A DNA stretch of 64,000 nucleotides. Origin: Candidatus Latescibacterota bacterium (GTDB taxonomy: Bacteria; Latescibacterota; UBA2968; GCA-2709665). Positions 20,474-30,271 of the stretch are shown piece by piece. The position numbers and the translations under genes were made by a program. Each line of letters opens with the position of its first letter. The first letter of the stretch is position 1. Under the pieces are notes generated by a model. It saw only the letters and a program-made list of their open reading frames with translations, was not told where the DNA came from and searched no databases. Location of the stretch: NCBI GenBank assembly GCA_965203805.1, contig OZ241917.1, positions 2,496,001-2,560,000 on the forward strand, given 5' to 3'.

Positions 20474-20555
20474 TCCAGTCCTCCTTTGCAATATTCATCC
20501 CAAGCCCTGCTCATTGCTGCTGCGAATGCCGGCGGCGACGATCCCCCGTTGCCTC

Positions 20556-21491
20556 TCAACGCGGTCGGAGTTCGATGTGTTTTCGCTCGCAGTCCAATGC
20601 CTGGGCCATCGAACGGAGGAGTCGCACGACCGCCCCGCCGGACCCGCCCAGAAACCGGATATCGTGCGCAATCGCTTTCAACGCGTACTGTCCCAGCTCC
20701 ATCCCGTAGACGTGCATGGCCTCCCGCATGTGCTTCCAGTGCGCCCGGCACGTGCGGTAGCCATTCGGCAGAAAGGCGATCGGCGTGTCCACGGCCTCCC
20801 GCATTTCCAGCACCACCGGCCACAGGTCCTCCGGTTCCCGAATGCCGCCCCCGCCCACGACGTCGGCGCCGTCGCCTGCCAGAGCACGTGCGCACTCGGC
20901 CGGCCCGGCACCGTCGGCGGTGACTTCGTCGTCTCGTAGCAGGGGATTGTTCAGTCTCCCTTCCGGCAACACGACGTCCACGGAAACCACGACGGGAAGC
21001 GCGGTCTTCCTGCAGCACGCCAGCGCGAGGCGTGCTTCGTCCAGCCGACCGAACGACTCGCAGACGAGCATATCCACACCCTCGCCTGCCAATATCTCCA
21101 CCTGCTCGTCCCACTCCGCCCGGGCGCGGTCCGCCGATCCGGCGTCGCCGGCCTGAAAGGCCCCCGTGGGAGACAGCGTACCCGCCACCAGCGCTTCCGC
21201 TCCGGCCGCGCGTTTCGCCAGGGCCACGGCCCGCCGGTTCAATGCGTCGACCGGGTCGCCCCCACCCCCTGTTCCCCGTTCGCCAACGCCGGTTCGCGTA
21301 CACCGGCCCGTGAGGGCTCTGATCACACCGGCGCCGGCCCGGAAGTAATCCTGGTGAGCCAGCCGCACCGCGTCCGGGAAGTCCTCGAGCACCCACGGCG
21401 CAGCGTATCCCCGCAGTCTCAGTTCCTCCACGTTCCCGCCATCGGCCAGCACGAACCCTTCTTCAAGGGTACTCAGAACGGACTCAGGCAT
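20556..21491 (-). CDS. Homocysteine S-methyltransferase family paralogue lacking the Zn-binding cysteines
   Basis: VLADGG, HQDYFRAG and CESF are present, but VVGGGG replaces VGxxC and FLGGSGG replaces GxCCG. GGAGG SD. Confidence 0.8.
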   Translation of the reverse strand: MPESVLSTLEEGFVLADGGNVEELRLRGYAAPWVLEDFPDAVRLAHQDYFRAGAGVIRALTGRCTRTGVGERGTGGGGDPVDALNRRAVALAKRAAGAEALVAGTLSPTGAFQAGDAGSADRARAEWDEQVEILAGEGVDMLVCESFGRLDEARLALACCRKTALPVVVSVDVVLPEGRLNNPLLRDDEVTADGAGPAECARALAGDGADVVGGGGIREPEDLWPVVLEMREAVDTPIAFLPNGYRTCRAHWKHMREAMHVYGMELGQYALKAIAHDIRFLGGSGGAVVRLLRSMAQALDCERKHIELRPR

Positions 21492-21624
21492 AAATAGCCT
21501 CCTCTCCTTTATCCATCTCACAACAGTCTATACAAGTGGCCAATTTGAAGACCCCAAAAATGGTAAACCCACTCAAGAATTGCTTACCTGAAAGCGACGG
21601 GCTTTACGTCACAAATCAACTTCC

Positions 21625-21915
21625 TTCCTTGCCCTTTTTCTTGCTGCGCCCAAGAAAAAGGGCGAAAAAGAAGGGCGCCTGCCTGCCGAGCAGGCTTCGG
21701 CCTGTCTGCCGTTCCAACGGGACAGGCAGGCGCAGGCAGGCCGCTCGGCGCCTGTCTGCGTGCGTGAGACAGCACGCACAGGCAGGCGGGGCCGGTTTTT
21801 CCGTGAACCAACTCACTGCCGTAGTTGGAAATTGGCTGCCCTGTTACCGGATTAGGCCATCCCAAGCGATGGTGCTGGACGGAATAGCACGGAAAAACCC
21901 CCCACACCACAACCG
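21625..21915. repeat. Structured ~220-290 bp repeat element, copy A, with nested mini-elements
   Basis: Homologous to 57945-58170. Hairpin GCCCTTTTTCTTG/CAAGAAAAAGGGC at 21631-21663; stem GGTTTTTCCGTG/CACGGAAAAACC at 21794-21899. Confidence 0.85.
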
Positions 21916-22059
21916 TACGCTACAAACGTCCTCGCGAAGATTCGTTCGATTATGTTCTTACGCGATATCGCGCTTACAATCCCCCCACTCCGCCACCGGC
22001 TTACCCCCTATTCCGCTTCCTGAACGAAGGAGGAACTACCACCGCTTGGTGGACGCCTG

Positions 22060-22350
22060 TCTCTTCTCCCCCTCTCCTCACAGGAGAGGGGGCCTGCCTG
22101 CCGGTGGTTTTTCGGCAGGCAGGGGGGAGAGGTCTGCGGCCGCTATGGCCCTGCCACTTCACGGCGCTGACGCCGGTTTTGCCTTTCGCTTCTTGTCTTT
22201 GCTTCAAGCTGACTGCTTGTTGCTGGTTTGTCTTTCTTTGTGTCTTTGTGTCTTCGTGTGAGTTGAATGTCGTTTTGCTCTGCGCTGACCGGTTTATGTC
22301 TTATTGTTCTTGCTTCAAGCTGACTGCTGATGGCTGACCGCTGATCGCTG
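22060..22350. repeat. REP-like CCCCTCTCC/GGAGAGG hairpin with mini-element insert, plus GCTGA-heptad repeats
   Basis: Shares the GGAGAGG..CCTGCCTGCCGGTGGTTT..CAGGCAGG..GGAGAGGTCTGCG..CTTCACGGCGCTGACG block with 51710-51870. Confidence 0.75.
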
Positions 22351-22354
22351 CTCT

Positions 22355-24358
22355 TCAATGCCAGCTGTGAACCCTGTGCCCCGAATGCGGGAACCAGATG
22401 GCATCCACGACCGTACCCGCGATCACCGCGACGATGTATGCCGTGAGGATCCCGATGAAAAAGGGCAGCGATCGCCGGTAGAATGCCGTGCCGCCGATCC
22501 TGAGCATGAGGAATTTGATCAGCCACGCGACCAGCAACGTGAGGCTTTCCAGCCTGGCGAAAATCGTCCCCGACAAAGCGAACCCGATCGGATGCAGCCG
22601 CCACCGGGGCAGCCGGTACCGCATCAGGTTCAGGGCCGTCATCACAACCACGCCCGCCAGGAACAGCCAGTATTCCACGGCCAGGATGGGCCGGGGGTTG
22701 CGCAGGGCGTCGACGGCCAGGCCGTAGTGCCATTCACCCTCGTGAAGGATCAGCCAGTTCGGCTGGAAATTGTATCCCCCCATGGTGTAGGCCATCCAGA
22801 CCGTCTGGAGCGTGGAAACCACCGTACCGACCATGAACGCCCCGAACACCCCCCAGAAAAAGCGCCGCTTGCCTTCGGGGATGAAGTCCCCCAGCCGGTT
22901 CACCTGCGCGATCACCGGCAGCGCGAAACTCCTGGGGTGGTTGGCCGTGAACGACAGCAGGCTGGAGGCGGCGTTCGTGGACGGGTTCAGCCTGTGCGCT
23001 CCGCCCAGCCCGAACAGCGCGTAGTCCCAGGCCACCGCCGGCGGATCCACGTAGACCAGCCCCGAGTCGGCGACCACCTTCGCCACGCCGATGTAGACGA
23101 TGAACATGGCCGGCGTCAAGACCAGGATCATACCCGGCTCGATCCCAATCTGCGCGAGCCATGCCACAATGTACACGCAGCAGACGACCAGCCCGATCAC
23201 AGCCGTGCGATAGGATATCCATTCCCGGCTGTCGTCCAGGGCGGAACCGCCGGGGCGTACCGCCTTCCGGAAGACCTCCCGAAGGTGCCCCCTGGAAATC
23301 CAGAGCCACCAGATGACCAGCGCCGCGAAGGCGCCGGCCGTCTGGAACTTGTAGCTCGTCAGGTTGTACGGACCGGAACCGTAGTGCGGGGACGTCGCCA
23401 CCACGCCCAGCCGGTTCAGAATCCCGGCTTCGATCATGTACAGGATATCGAAGAACCAGATGCTGAAGAGGACTTCCAGGTTGGCGAAATAGGAAAAGCA
23501 AATGACGAATATGCTCAGATAGATACAAAACGGGGGATACTGTTTGGGCAGGAGGTCCCACACATAGTTCATGCGGGTGTTCATCACCTTCGGAAAGGCC
23601 GGATAGAACCAGTGCACCATATTCAGCCAGAAAACCCCCGACGTCAGCCCGAAGCCCGCCCAGAACGCCTTTCCTTTCATGAACTCCGGCAGGGCCCGCG
23701 CCCCGGACCCGCTCCGGTTCGCCATCTCCAGGACCGGTGTCAGCGCGGGGTACACCAGCTTTTCGTGGTCCGCCCACTGGCGGTGAAGAATCACCGACAC
23801 GCACACACAGGCGAACCCGAGAACGGCGATAAAGCCGAACCACCACAACAGCGGCCCCCACCAGTCGTGCCAGGGAACGGACATCCCGGAAGGAAGCCCT
23901 TCGAAAAACAAGGTGATGGACTGCCGTTCGTCCGTTGAGATCAACCAGCCGGGAAGGTGCGGGTGCAGAAACTCCGACCACCGGTTCTCCGGCGTGGCGA
24001 AGTAGTAGGGCGCCACCATCTGGCTGACCAGATATCCGCTGATACCGTAGGTGGGGCCCATGGCGCTGATGAGCGCCATACCGAAAATCGTGATCCACTC
24101 CGCGGGCGCCAACACGAAACGCCGGCCGAACCAGCGTGCGAGCGCGGCGCAGATGAGCAGCGACAACAGAAAGAGCAGCAGGTCGCCCATCGGAATCAGG
24201 CTGATGGCCATATACGACCCGTGCTGGACGTACCGCATCGTATTGGCGAGCAGATTGACGGCTACGGACAGCCCGAGCCCGAATACGACGGCGCGAGTCG
24301 TTACGCCCTGGCGCACCGGGCGCTGTCTCCGCGCTGCTGCCGTGCCGCCGTCCGCCAT
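22355..24358 (-). CDS. DUF6785/DUF6784-type polytopic membrane protein, copy 2
   Basis: 667 aa; same motifs as 4715..6742 (PYYFATPENRW, QWADHEKLVYP, LHPIGFALSG). Confidence 0.8.
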   Translation of the reverse strand: MADGGTAAARRQRPVRQGVTTRAVVFGLGLSVAVNLLANTMRYVQHGSYMAISLIPMGDLLLFLLSLLICAALARWFGRRFVLAPAEWITIFGMALISAMGPTYGISGYLVSQMVAPYYFATPENRWSEFLHPHLPGWLISTDERQSITLFFEGLPSGMSVPWHDWWGPLLWWFGFIAVLGFACVCVSVILHRQWADHEKLVYPALTPVLEMANRSGSGARALPEFMKGKAFWAGFGLTSGVFWLNMVHWFYPAFPKVMNTRMNYVWDLLPKQYPPFCIYLSIFVICFSYFANLEVLFSIWFFDILYMIEAGILNRLGVVATSPHYGSGPYNLTSYKFQTAGAFAALVIWWLWISRGHLREVFRKAVRPGGSALDDSREWISYRTAVIGLVVCCVYIVAWLAQIGIEPGMILVLTPAMFIVYIGVAKVVADSGLVYVDPPAVAWDYALFGLGGAHRLNPSTNAASSLLSFTANHPRSFALPVIAQVNRLGDFIPEGKRRFFWGVFGAFMVGTVVSTLQTVWMAYTMGGYNFQPNWLILHEGEWHYGLAVDALRNPRPILAVEYWLFLAGVVVMTALNLMRYRLPRWRLHPIGFALSGTIFARLESLTLLVAWLIKFLMLRIGGTAFYRRSLPFFIGILTAYIVAVIAGTVVDAIWFPHSGHRVHSWH

Positions 24359-24373
24359 GGATCCCCCGTTCGC

Positions 24374-25570
24374 CTACGGCGAGCGCAACCCCACGCCGCC
24401 CGGGTCCGCGGGAAACTCGCCCGCCGCCCGATCCCCGTTCGGGCGAAAATCGGGAACCCGCATCAACCGGCTCCCCTCCTGTATCGAGTCGATCGCCCGT
24501 ACGGCCGCGGCGACCGTATCCATGGCCCTGTACACGTCAAAGTCCAGCGCCCTCCCATTCAGGACCGCGTCGCGAAAGTGCATATGCACATAGGAATCCG
24601 CGTCGCCGTGGCCGCTGCCGCGCGCCTCGGGAGCCGCATCCGTGCGTTCGTAACGCCAGTCCACTTCCGACCAGTCGTTCATCTGTGCGTCCGCGAACCA
24701 GGCTTTCGGCATCTCGCTGCGGGACCGGCGCCACTCCAGACTCCCCTTCGTGCCGATCAGCTGCCACCAGTGGTGGTCACCGTGCGGCCGCGGCTGCGTG
24801 TGGCCGTCCAGCATGCGAATCAACGTATCCTTTTCGGTCTTCATCAGCGCCACCTGCACATCGGGCTTTCCAATCTGGGGATGCGCGTAGCTCGGTCTCT
24901 TCGTGCTCATCGCCGTCACTTCGGTCACCCGGTCGTCCAGGATCTTCAGCAGGATGCTCAGGTCGTAGGAGGAGGCGATGATGGGCGGCGTATCGTGGGG
25001 AAACGTCGGACGGGCTTCGGGATGCTCGGGCAGTTCCTCAATTGAATATTGCCTGCCGGTTGCGTAGTCCTGAAAAAACTGATGCGTACCGTAATACCCG
25101 ACGTACTGGCCTTCGGCATACGTAATCTTGCCCAGGCGTCCATCGTCAACCAGGCGCTTCCATCCGTCCACGAACCCCCAGAACCGGGTCTGCTCCGCCA
25201 GGCTGTAGACCAGCCCCGTACGCTCCACGTTGGTTACGATTCGCCAGCATTCCTCCATCCTGTACGCGCCCGGCACCTCGCTGTTCACGTGCTTGCCCGC
25301 TTCCAGCGCCTCCGCCGCCATCCGCCCCACCTCGCGCTGCCGCACCACAAGGCCCACCGCATCCATCGGTTCGTAAGCCAGAAACGCTTCGTAGCTGCCG
25401 AACGCCGGCACTTCGTCCCGATAGGAGATCTCGGCAAGGGCCCGAGCCTGAAGCGGCTCGATCCAGTCGTAGACGGCCGCGATCCGGTAGCCGGGAATGT
25501 TCTGAAGCAGCCTGATCCAGTGCAGCCCCCTGTTTCCCAGGCCCGCGATCCCGATGCGTATTTCATCCAT
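24374..25570 (-). CDS. Gfo/Idh/MocA oxidoreductase, GH109-like branch, copy 2
   Basis: Near-identical stretches to 8073..9293, e.g. MEECWRIVTNVERTGLVYSLAEQTRFWGFVDGWK. Confidence 0.85.
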   Translation of the reverse strand: MDEIRIGIAGLGNRGLHWIRLLQNIPGYRIAAVYDWIEPLQARALAEISYRDEVPAFGSYEAFLAYEPMDAVGLVVRQREVGRMAAEALEAGKHVNSEVPGAYRMEECWRIVTNVERTGLVYSLAEQTRFWGFVDGWKRLVDDGRLGKITYAEGQYVGYYGTHQFFQDYATGRQYSIEELPEHPEARPTFPHDTPPIIASSYDLSILLKILDDRVTEVTAMSTKRPSYAHPQIGKPDVQVALMKTEKDTLIRMLDGHTQPRPHGDHHWWQLIGTKGSLEWRRSRSEMPKAWFADAQMNDWSEVDWRYERTDAAPEARGSGHGDADSYVHMHFRDAVLNGRALDFDVYRAMDTVAAAVRAIDSIQEGSRLMRVPDFRPNGDRAAGEFPADPGGVGLRSP

Positions 25571-25600
25571 AGCCTTCACTCCCTAAACGGTTTACAACGC

Positions 25601-26311
25601 TCAGTCGAGCTGAAACCGGATGTAGATGTACATACGCACCTCAACCGCCTCGCGGTTCTGGTATCCGGGAAGATATCGGAATTTCGATAGGGCGTCCAGC
25701 GATGCTTCGTGAAACAGCTCGTGTCCCTTGAGCACCACGCTGTCTTTGACCCGGCCGTCCTTTCCCACCGTAAACTCCATCAGGACGACGCCCTCCAGGC
25801 CCTCCCGCCGCGCGACTTCCGGATACGCCGGATCCACCTGTTCGAGGAGTCTGGGTTTCCGTTCCACGAACCGGGCGGGATAGACCACGTCCCCGTCCAC
25901 CTCCTCGTCCTCATAGGGAGCCGGGACAAGCGTGTCCGGGGGCGCGGCGAGACGTGTGGGCACCGGGTCGAAGTCGAGTTCGGCCGTCGCGGAAACGGTG
26001 ATCTCTTCGGGCAGCACGTCGCGGCTTTCCGTTTCAAGGGGCACGGACGGCCGAACCAGAATCGGCAGTCTCACGCCCTGCCGGGTCTCCGGCACCTCAG
26101 TAACCTGGATGAGAATCGGATGTTTCTCGGAGGCTGGCGCGCGGAGCCTGAAGGCAGGGAAAGTAAAGGCAACGGCGGCGTGGAGGACGAGCGAAATCCC
26201 GACGCACAAGGGGAAGACCTTTCGATACTGCGCCTTCAAGTCCGCTTCGGGACGTCGGGTTCGGATGATGCTTCCGGTGATCCAGGGTCTGGGAGGCAGC
26301 TGCTGCCGCAT
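25601..26311 (-). CDS. tonB: Energy transducer TonB
   Basis: N-terminal TM with SLVLH, Pro/acidic linker, TonB C-terminal YPEVARREGLEGVVLMEFTVGKDGRV. Start chosen from GGAGG SD. Confidence 0.88.
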   Translation of the reverse strand: MRQQLPPRPWITGSIIRTRRPEADLKAQYRKVFPLCVGISLVLHAAVAFTFPAFRLRAPASEKHPILIQVTEVPETRQGVRLPILVRPSVPLETESRDVLPEEITVSATAELDFDPVPTRLAAPPDTLVPAPYEDEEVDGDVVYPARFVERKPRLLEQVDPAYPEVARREGLEGVVLMEFTVGKDGRVKDSVVLKGHELFHEASLDALSKFRYLPGYQNREAVEVRMYIYIRFQLD

Positions 26312-26421
26312 TGTACCCTCCACGTTGCCTGCACGGCCGGCCTGCATGCGTTCAACGCGCGTTTACAGGGTACAGCGATCCATCGGTAAACTCCAGGCGA
26401 CAACCTGAACCTCGCTCCCGA

Positions 26422-29196
26422 TCACTGTGCGGCTTCCCTCACCCAGAAGAGGCCCTCCTTGGTCGCCTGCTGCCCGCTGTTCATGTCCTTTACGGTCATC
26501 CGGACCCTGCGGCGCCCCGCGGCAGCCTCTCCGATGTCCAGCGCCACGTAATCCGCAACCGAGGCGTCGGTTCCTGTCTGAACGTAACGAACGGTCACGG
26601 CCGACTCGGACCGCCCCAGAACCCTCGTCCTCAGGCGTGAGAGGCTGGTGCCGCTTTCGTCCGTGCTGTAGACCTCGTAAGTCACCTCGTAGCGCGTCGC
26701 CCCGAATTCGTCCTGCTCGAGATTGTAGATTTCGAAAAAGACAAACACGTGCTGGCCCGCATTGAAAACATGCGAAGGCAGCGGCGTGATACTCCATTTC
26801 CCGCGGACGAACTTCGGGTCGGACCCGGGCATCGCAGCGGTCACCTGCCGCGCCACGAACAGATCGCTCAGCTTCAGCCCCTCTCCGGAGTAATCCTCCA
26901 CGGAAAGCTTCTGAGAATACGCCTGCAACCGTTTCGTGTTGTGGCGCTGCACCTGCACGGCCAGTTCGTAGTTTCCCGGAAGGACATCCAGGAGATCCAC
27001 GCGGTCCAGAAGGGCCCGGTCGCGGCGCCGGCCGGAGACCGGCACCTCGAGATCCTGCTGCAGGGCCAACACCTTCGTGTACCGGCCGTCCAGCAGTGCC
27101 ACGCGCCGGTTCACCATCACGTTGTCATCCGTATCCCCGGGAAGCGCAACGTGCTCTATGGGAATGCCCACGTTGACCTGGATTTCCGTACCGGCGTTGT
27201 TCCCCCGGAACGTGACCACGTCGTAGCTGAAGTCGAGCGATTCGAAACCCGCCACGCTGAAGTACTCGGGCTCTTCCCGCGACACGGACGCGACACGGGT
27301 TGATGGCGCCAGTTCCGTGAGCCGCTGCATGAGCCGCAAATAGGCCATCTCCCCCACGTGCGGGTCCTTATCCAGATTCTTGAGGTCCTGGCTGCTCACG
27401 CCCGGCACGGGCGCATAGTCGTAGACGCCGGAGTTCTGTTCATCCGTGAATGCCACCTCAAGTCCCTTTCCGACGCCTGCATAGACCCAGACCTCCCACG
27501 GTACCGACGCCCAGTTGTGCCCCGTTGTGACCGGCTTCCACCCGCTCAGGCCGATGGCGAATTCGGGATCCAGATCGATGCCGGCTTGTATGGGAGAATC
27601 TTCGAGGTCCACCAGTTCCCGCGGCGCCGCGGCCGGGTTGCCTCCGGCGCCCGGGTCGCCCTGGTCCGGCGCGAAAACAGCCAGGTCGAGTTCCTCGATG
27701 ACCGCCGTCTGGAGGTCGCGCCGGATGTCTTCGCTGGGTTCCAGAAAGGAGCCGAGATCCGTACGAATCGGAAATACGGGCCCCACGTAGCTGATGCCGG
27801 GCCCTTGAGATCCATAGAGCTGGTAGGCCATATTGTCCTGAACGCGCTCGACCGCGGGCGGCACGTTCGGATTCGGCTCCGTTGACGAGGAGCGGTAGTC
27901 CGGTTCGCCGTACCTGATGTACACCTCGCCGCGCCGGTCCCACGGCCACTTCAGCGTGCCGTACCTCGTGCGGGCGTACCACACCCGCCGGTGGTGTTCG
28001 GCGCGGCGCATCGCGCCCCGCGAGGCCTTGAACGGGTCGCGGCGGAGCCAGAACCGCTGGAGAAACGCGGCCCGCTTTTCGGGGGGGGTGTTGCGATAGG
28101 CTTCAATTTCATGCGGCAGCCCAACCAGCGACACGTCCCGGTAAAGCGCCTGCTCTTCCGGATCCAGGCTTTCGACGTAGATCTTGAACGCGCGGAGGGC
28201 GCCCTCGTAATTTCCCCGCGCCATCAGCGCCTGCGCGAGAAGCGGCAGCGCAAGGTCGTCGGTCATCAGAGACGTAAGGGTTTCGACATCCTCGAATCTC
28301 TCTTCTTCGAGCAACTCGTTTGCAAAGGCCAGCGCTTCCGTCTGATCCGCAGGCTTCAGTTCCAGGTACTTTTCAAAATATACCATGGCGCTCTGAAGGT
28401 CGCGATCCTCACGGTGGGCCCGGGCCAGCAGCAGGTGGGCCGGCCCATATCGTGGATCGAACTCAAGCGCGCGGTCCGCGGCCCGCCTCGCTCCGGAACG
28501 TCCGGTTTCCTGGTAGACACGGGCGAGCAGATAGTGCGTTTCGGCACGGGTCGAATCGACGCGCAGCGCGGCTTCCAGATGCGGCAGCGCCCGATCGGGA
28601 TCTCCCTCCAGTTCGAAGGTCAGCCTGCCCAGGCCGCGATGCGCAGCGGCCTGCTCCGGGTCGAATTCGAGGGCGCGTTCGTACGCCGAGCGCGCACTGT
28701 CCACGGCGCCTGCCCTCAGACGCCGGCTCCCGATCTGAGCAAGCGCCCGCGCAAGATACGTGTGCGTCCAGGTATACGTGGAATCGGCGCGCAGCGCGGC
28801 TTCCAGATGGGGCAGCGCCCCCCCGGGGTCTCCCTCCAGCTCGAGCGCCACCCTGCCCAGGCCGCAATGCGCCGTGGCCAGCTTCGGGTCGAATCCGACC
28901 GCACGTTCGAACGCCGAGCGCGCATTGCGGGCTCTTCCCACCCGCAGGTATAGCATGCCGGCGCGGTTCAGGATGAGTCCCGCGTGGTCCGGATGGTCGA
29001 CAAGCGCCCGCTCCAGCGCCCGGGCCGCCTTCACCACCGCCGGCACGTCGCGCGCCTTGAGTCCGCGCTCGTACGCGGCATCCAGTTCCGACAACGGCTT
29101 TCGGGCGGCATGCGCGTTATCCGGCCAGAGACCGGCGGAGACGATCAGCGCACAACCCAGCATTGCGCGCAAACGCAATCTCCGGAAAACCTCCAT
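26422..29196 (-). CDS. Secreted TPR-repeat protein with GWxTD-like domain
   Basis: Signal peptide, TPR repeats, FWLRRDP...EHHRRVWYA...WDRRGEVYIRYGEP, EVWVY, then beta-rich C-terminal domains. Confidence 0.85.
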   Translation of the reverse strand: MEVFRRLRLRAMLGCALIVSAGLWPDNAHAARKPLSELDAAYERGLKARDVPAVVKAARALERALVDHPDHAGLILNRAGMLYLRVGRARNARSAFERAVGFDPKLATAHCGLGRVALELEGDPGGALPHLEAALRADSTYTWTHTYLARALAQIGSRRLRAGAVDSARSAYERALEFDPEQAAAHRGLGRLTFELEGDPDRALPHLEAALRVDSTRAETHYLLARVYQETGRSGARRAADRALEFDPRYGPAHLLLARAHREDRDLQSAMVYFEKYLELKPADQTEALAFANELLEEERFEDVETLTSLMTDDLALPLLAQALMARGNYEGALRAFKIYVESLDPEEQALYRDVSLVGLPHEIEAYRNTPPEKRAAFLQRFWLRRDPFKASRGAMRRAEHHRRVWYARTRYGTLKWPWDRRGEVYIRYGEPDYRSSSTEPNPNVPPAVERVQDNMAYQLYGSQGPGISYVGPVFPIRTDLGSFLEPSEDIRRDLQTAVIEELDLAVFAPDQGDPGAGGNPAAAPRELVDLEDSPIQAGIDLDPEFAIGLSGWKPVTTGHNWASVPWEVWVYAGVGKGLEVAFTDEQNSGVYDYAPVPGVSSQDLKNLDKDPHVGEMAYLRLMQRLTELAPSTRVASVSREEPEYFSVAGFESLDFSYDVVTFRGNNAGTEIQVNVGIPIEHVALPGDTDDNVMVNRRVALLDGRYTKVLALQQDLEVPVSGRRRDRALLDRVDLLDVLPGNYELAVQVQRHNTKRLQAYSQKLSVEDYSGEGLKLSDLFVARQVTAAMPGSDPKFVRGKWSITPLPSHVFNAGQHVFVFFEIYNLEQDEFGATRYEVTYEVYSTDESGTSLSRLRTRVLGRSESAVTVRYVQTGTDASVADYVALDIGEAAAGRRRVRMTVKDMNSGQQATKEGLFWVREAAQ

Positions 29197-29286
29197 ATAC
29201 CGCTACCTCTTCGTAAACAGATAGGCGGCCCTGTCGCGTTAACCAAAGCCGCCTAGCGGGTCTATTCGAATTGCGTTACGTTACGA

Positions 29287-30261
29287 TCAGAACGATCCGG
29301 TCACCGAAAACCGCAGGGTCGCGCCGTTGTCGGGAAACTTGTCGAACTTCACGTAGGCAAAATCCGCCTGCACGTGGTGAATGCCGCGCTGAAGCCGGAC
29401 GCCCGCCCCGGCGGTAACGTCCTGCACGTCGTAGCCAAGCTTGTAGCCGGCCCTGAGCGCAACGATATTCCGCAGCCAGAGTTCGGCGCCCGCGTGCATC
29501 CGCCGCTCAACGCTCACGCTGTAGAGCGCCTCGATCGCGCCGGTCAGCGAGACGTCTTCTCCGCGCTCACCGTAGACCTCCGCCGCGGTCGCCATGCTGA
29601 AGAAAACGGGCATCTTTCCCTTGATGGCCTCATCGGTCAGGAGTACCAGGTCCTTCCCGAAGTTGCGCAACGACATGCCGATGCGCAGGCTCCGGAATCC
29701 CGTGTGGTAGAACGTGCCGACCGCCAGGTCGAAGACGCGGTAGTCGTAACCCCTGTCCAGTTTTTCTTCGATGACGCGCGCCTGGAATCCCACGGAGAAG
29801 CGCTCCGTAAACTGCTTGGCGTAGACCCCGCCCACCGCCCAGCTTCCGGTGTCCAGGATCCGGCCCGTCCCCTCCGGGTTGAATATGGTGGTTTCCTCGA
29901 TATCGCCGGTGTTGAACGCCACCAGACTCAGCGCGAGGGCGCCGTAGTCCGTATTGACGCCGACCGCCGCGGAATTCAACTGGGACTCAAGGAGCCACCT
30001 GGTGTTCGTAAACGCGAACTGCAGCCGGTTGCGCGTCATGGCCGTAAGTCCGGCGGGATTCCAGAACACGGAATTGATATCGTCCGCCACGGCCACGTAC
30101 GCGTCTCCCATCCCGGCAGCGCGCGCGCTCTGGGAAATTTCCAGGAAAGCTGCGTAGGTTTCGCCCACCGGCGTCTGGTTGGAGATTTCGGCCAACGCCG
30201 GGGCGCCCAGAACGAGGACGCCGACAAGCGCCGCAGAGCCGATCCGATAAATGCGCCTCAT
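29287..30261 (-). CDS. PorV/PorQ (UPF0164) family outer-membrane beta-barrel
   Basis: AAFLEISQSARAAGMGDAYVAVADDINSVFWNPAGL signature, ALRAGY, C-terminal Phe. Confidence 0.88.
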   Translation of the reverse strand: MRRIYRIGSAALVGVLVLGAPALAEISNQTPVGETYAAFLEISQSARAAGMGDAYVAVADDINSVFWNPAGLTAMTRNRLQFAFTNTRWLLESQLNSAAVGVNTDYGALALSLVAFNTGDIEETTIFNPEGTGRILDTGSWAVGGVYAKQFTERFSVGFQARVIEEKLDRGYDYRVFDLAVGTFYHTGFRSLRIGMSLRNFGKDLVLLTDEAIKGKMPVFFSMATAAEVYGERGEDVSLTGAIEALYSVSVERRMHAGAELWLRNIVALRAGYKLGYDVQDVTAGAGVRLQRGIHHVQADFAYVKFDKFPDNGATLRFSVTGSF

Positions 30262-30271
30262 GGCGACCTCC

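Noticed and set aside
21536-22261. 241-aa ORF, and the similar 51438..51914 and 58098..58385 ORFs
   Set aside because: They run through repeat and mini-element DNA (LPAG..AGR, RQAG translations) and are not credible proteins.
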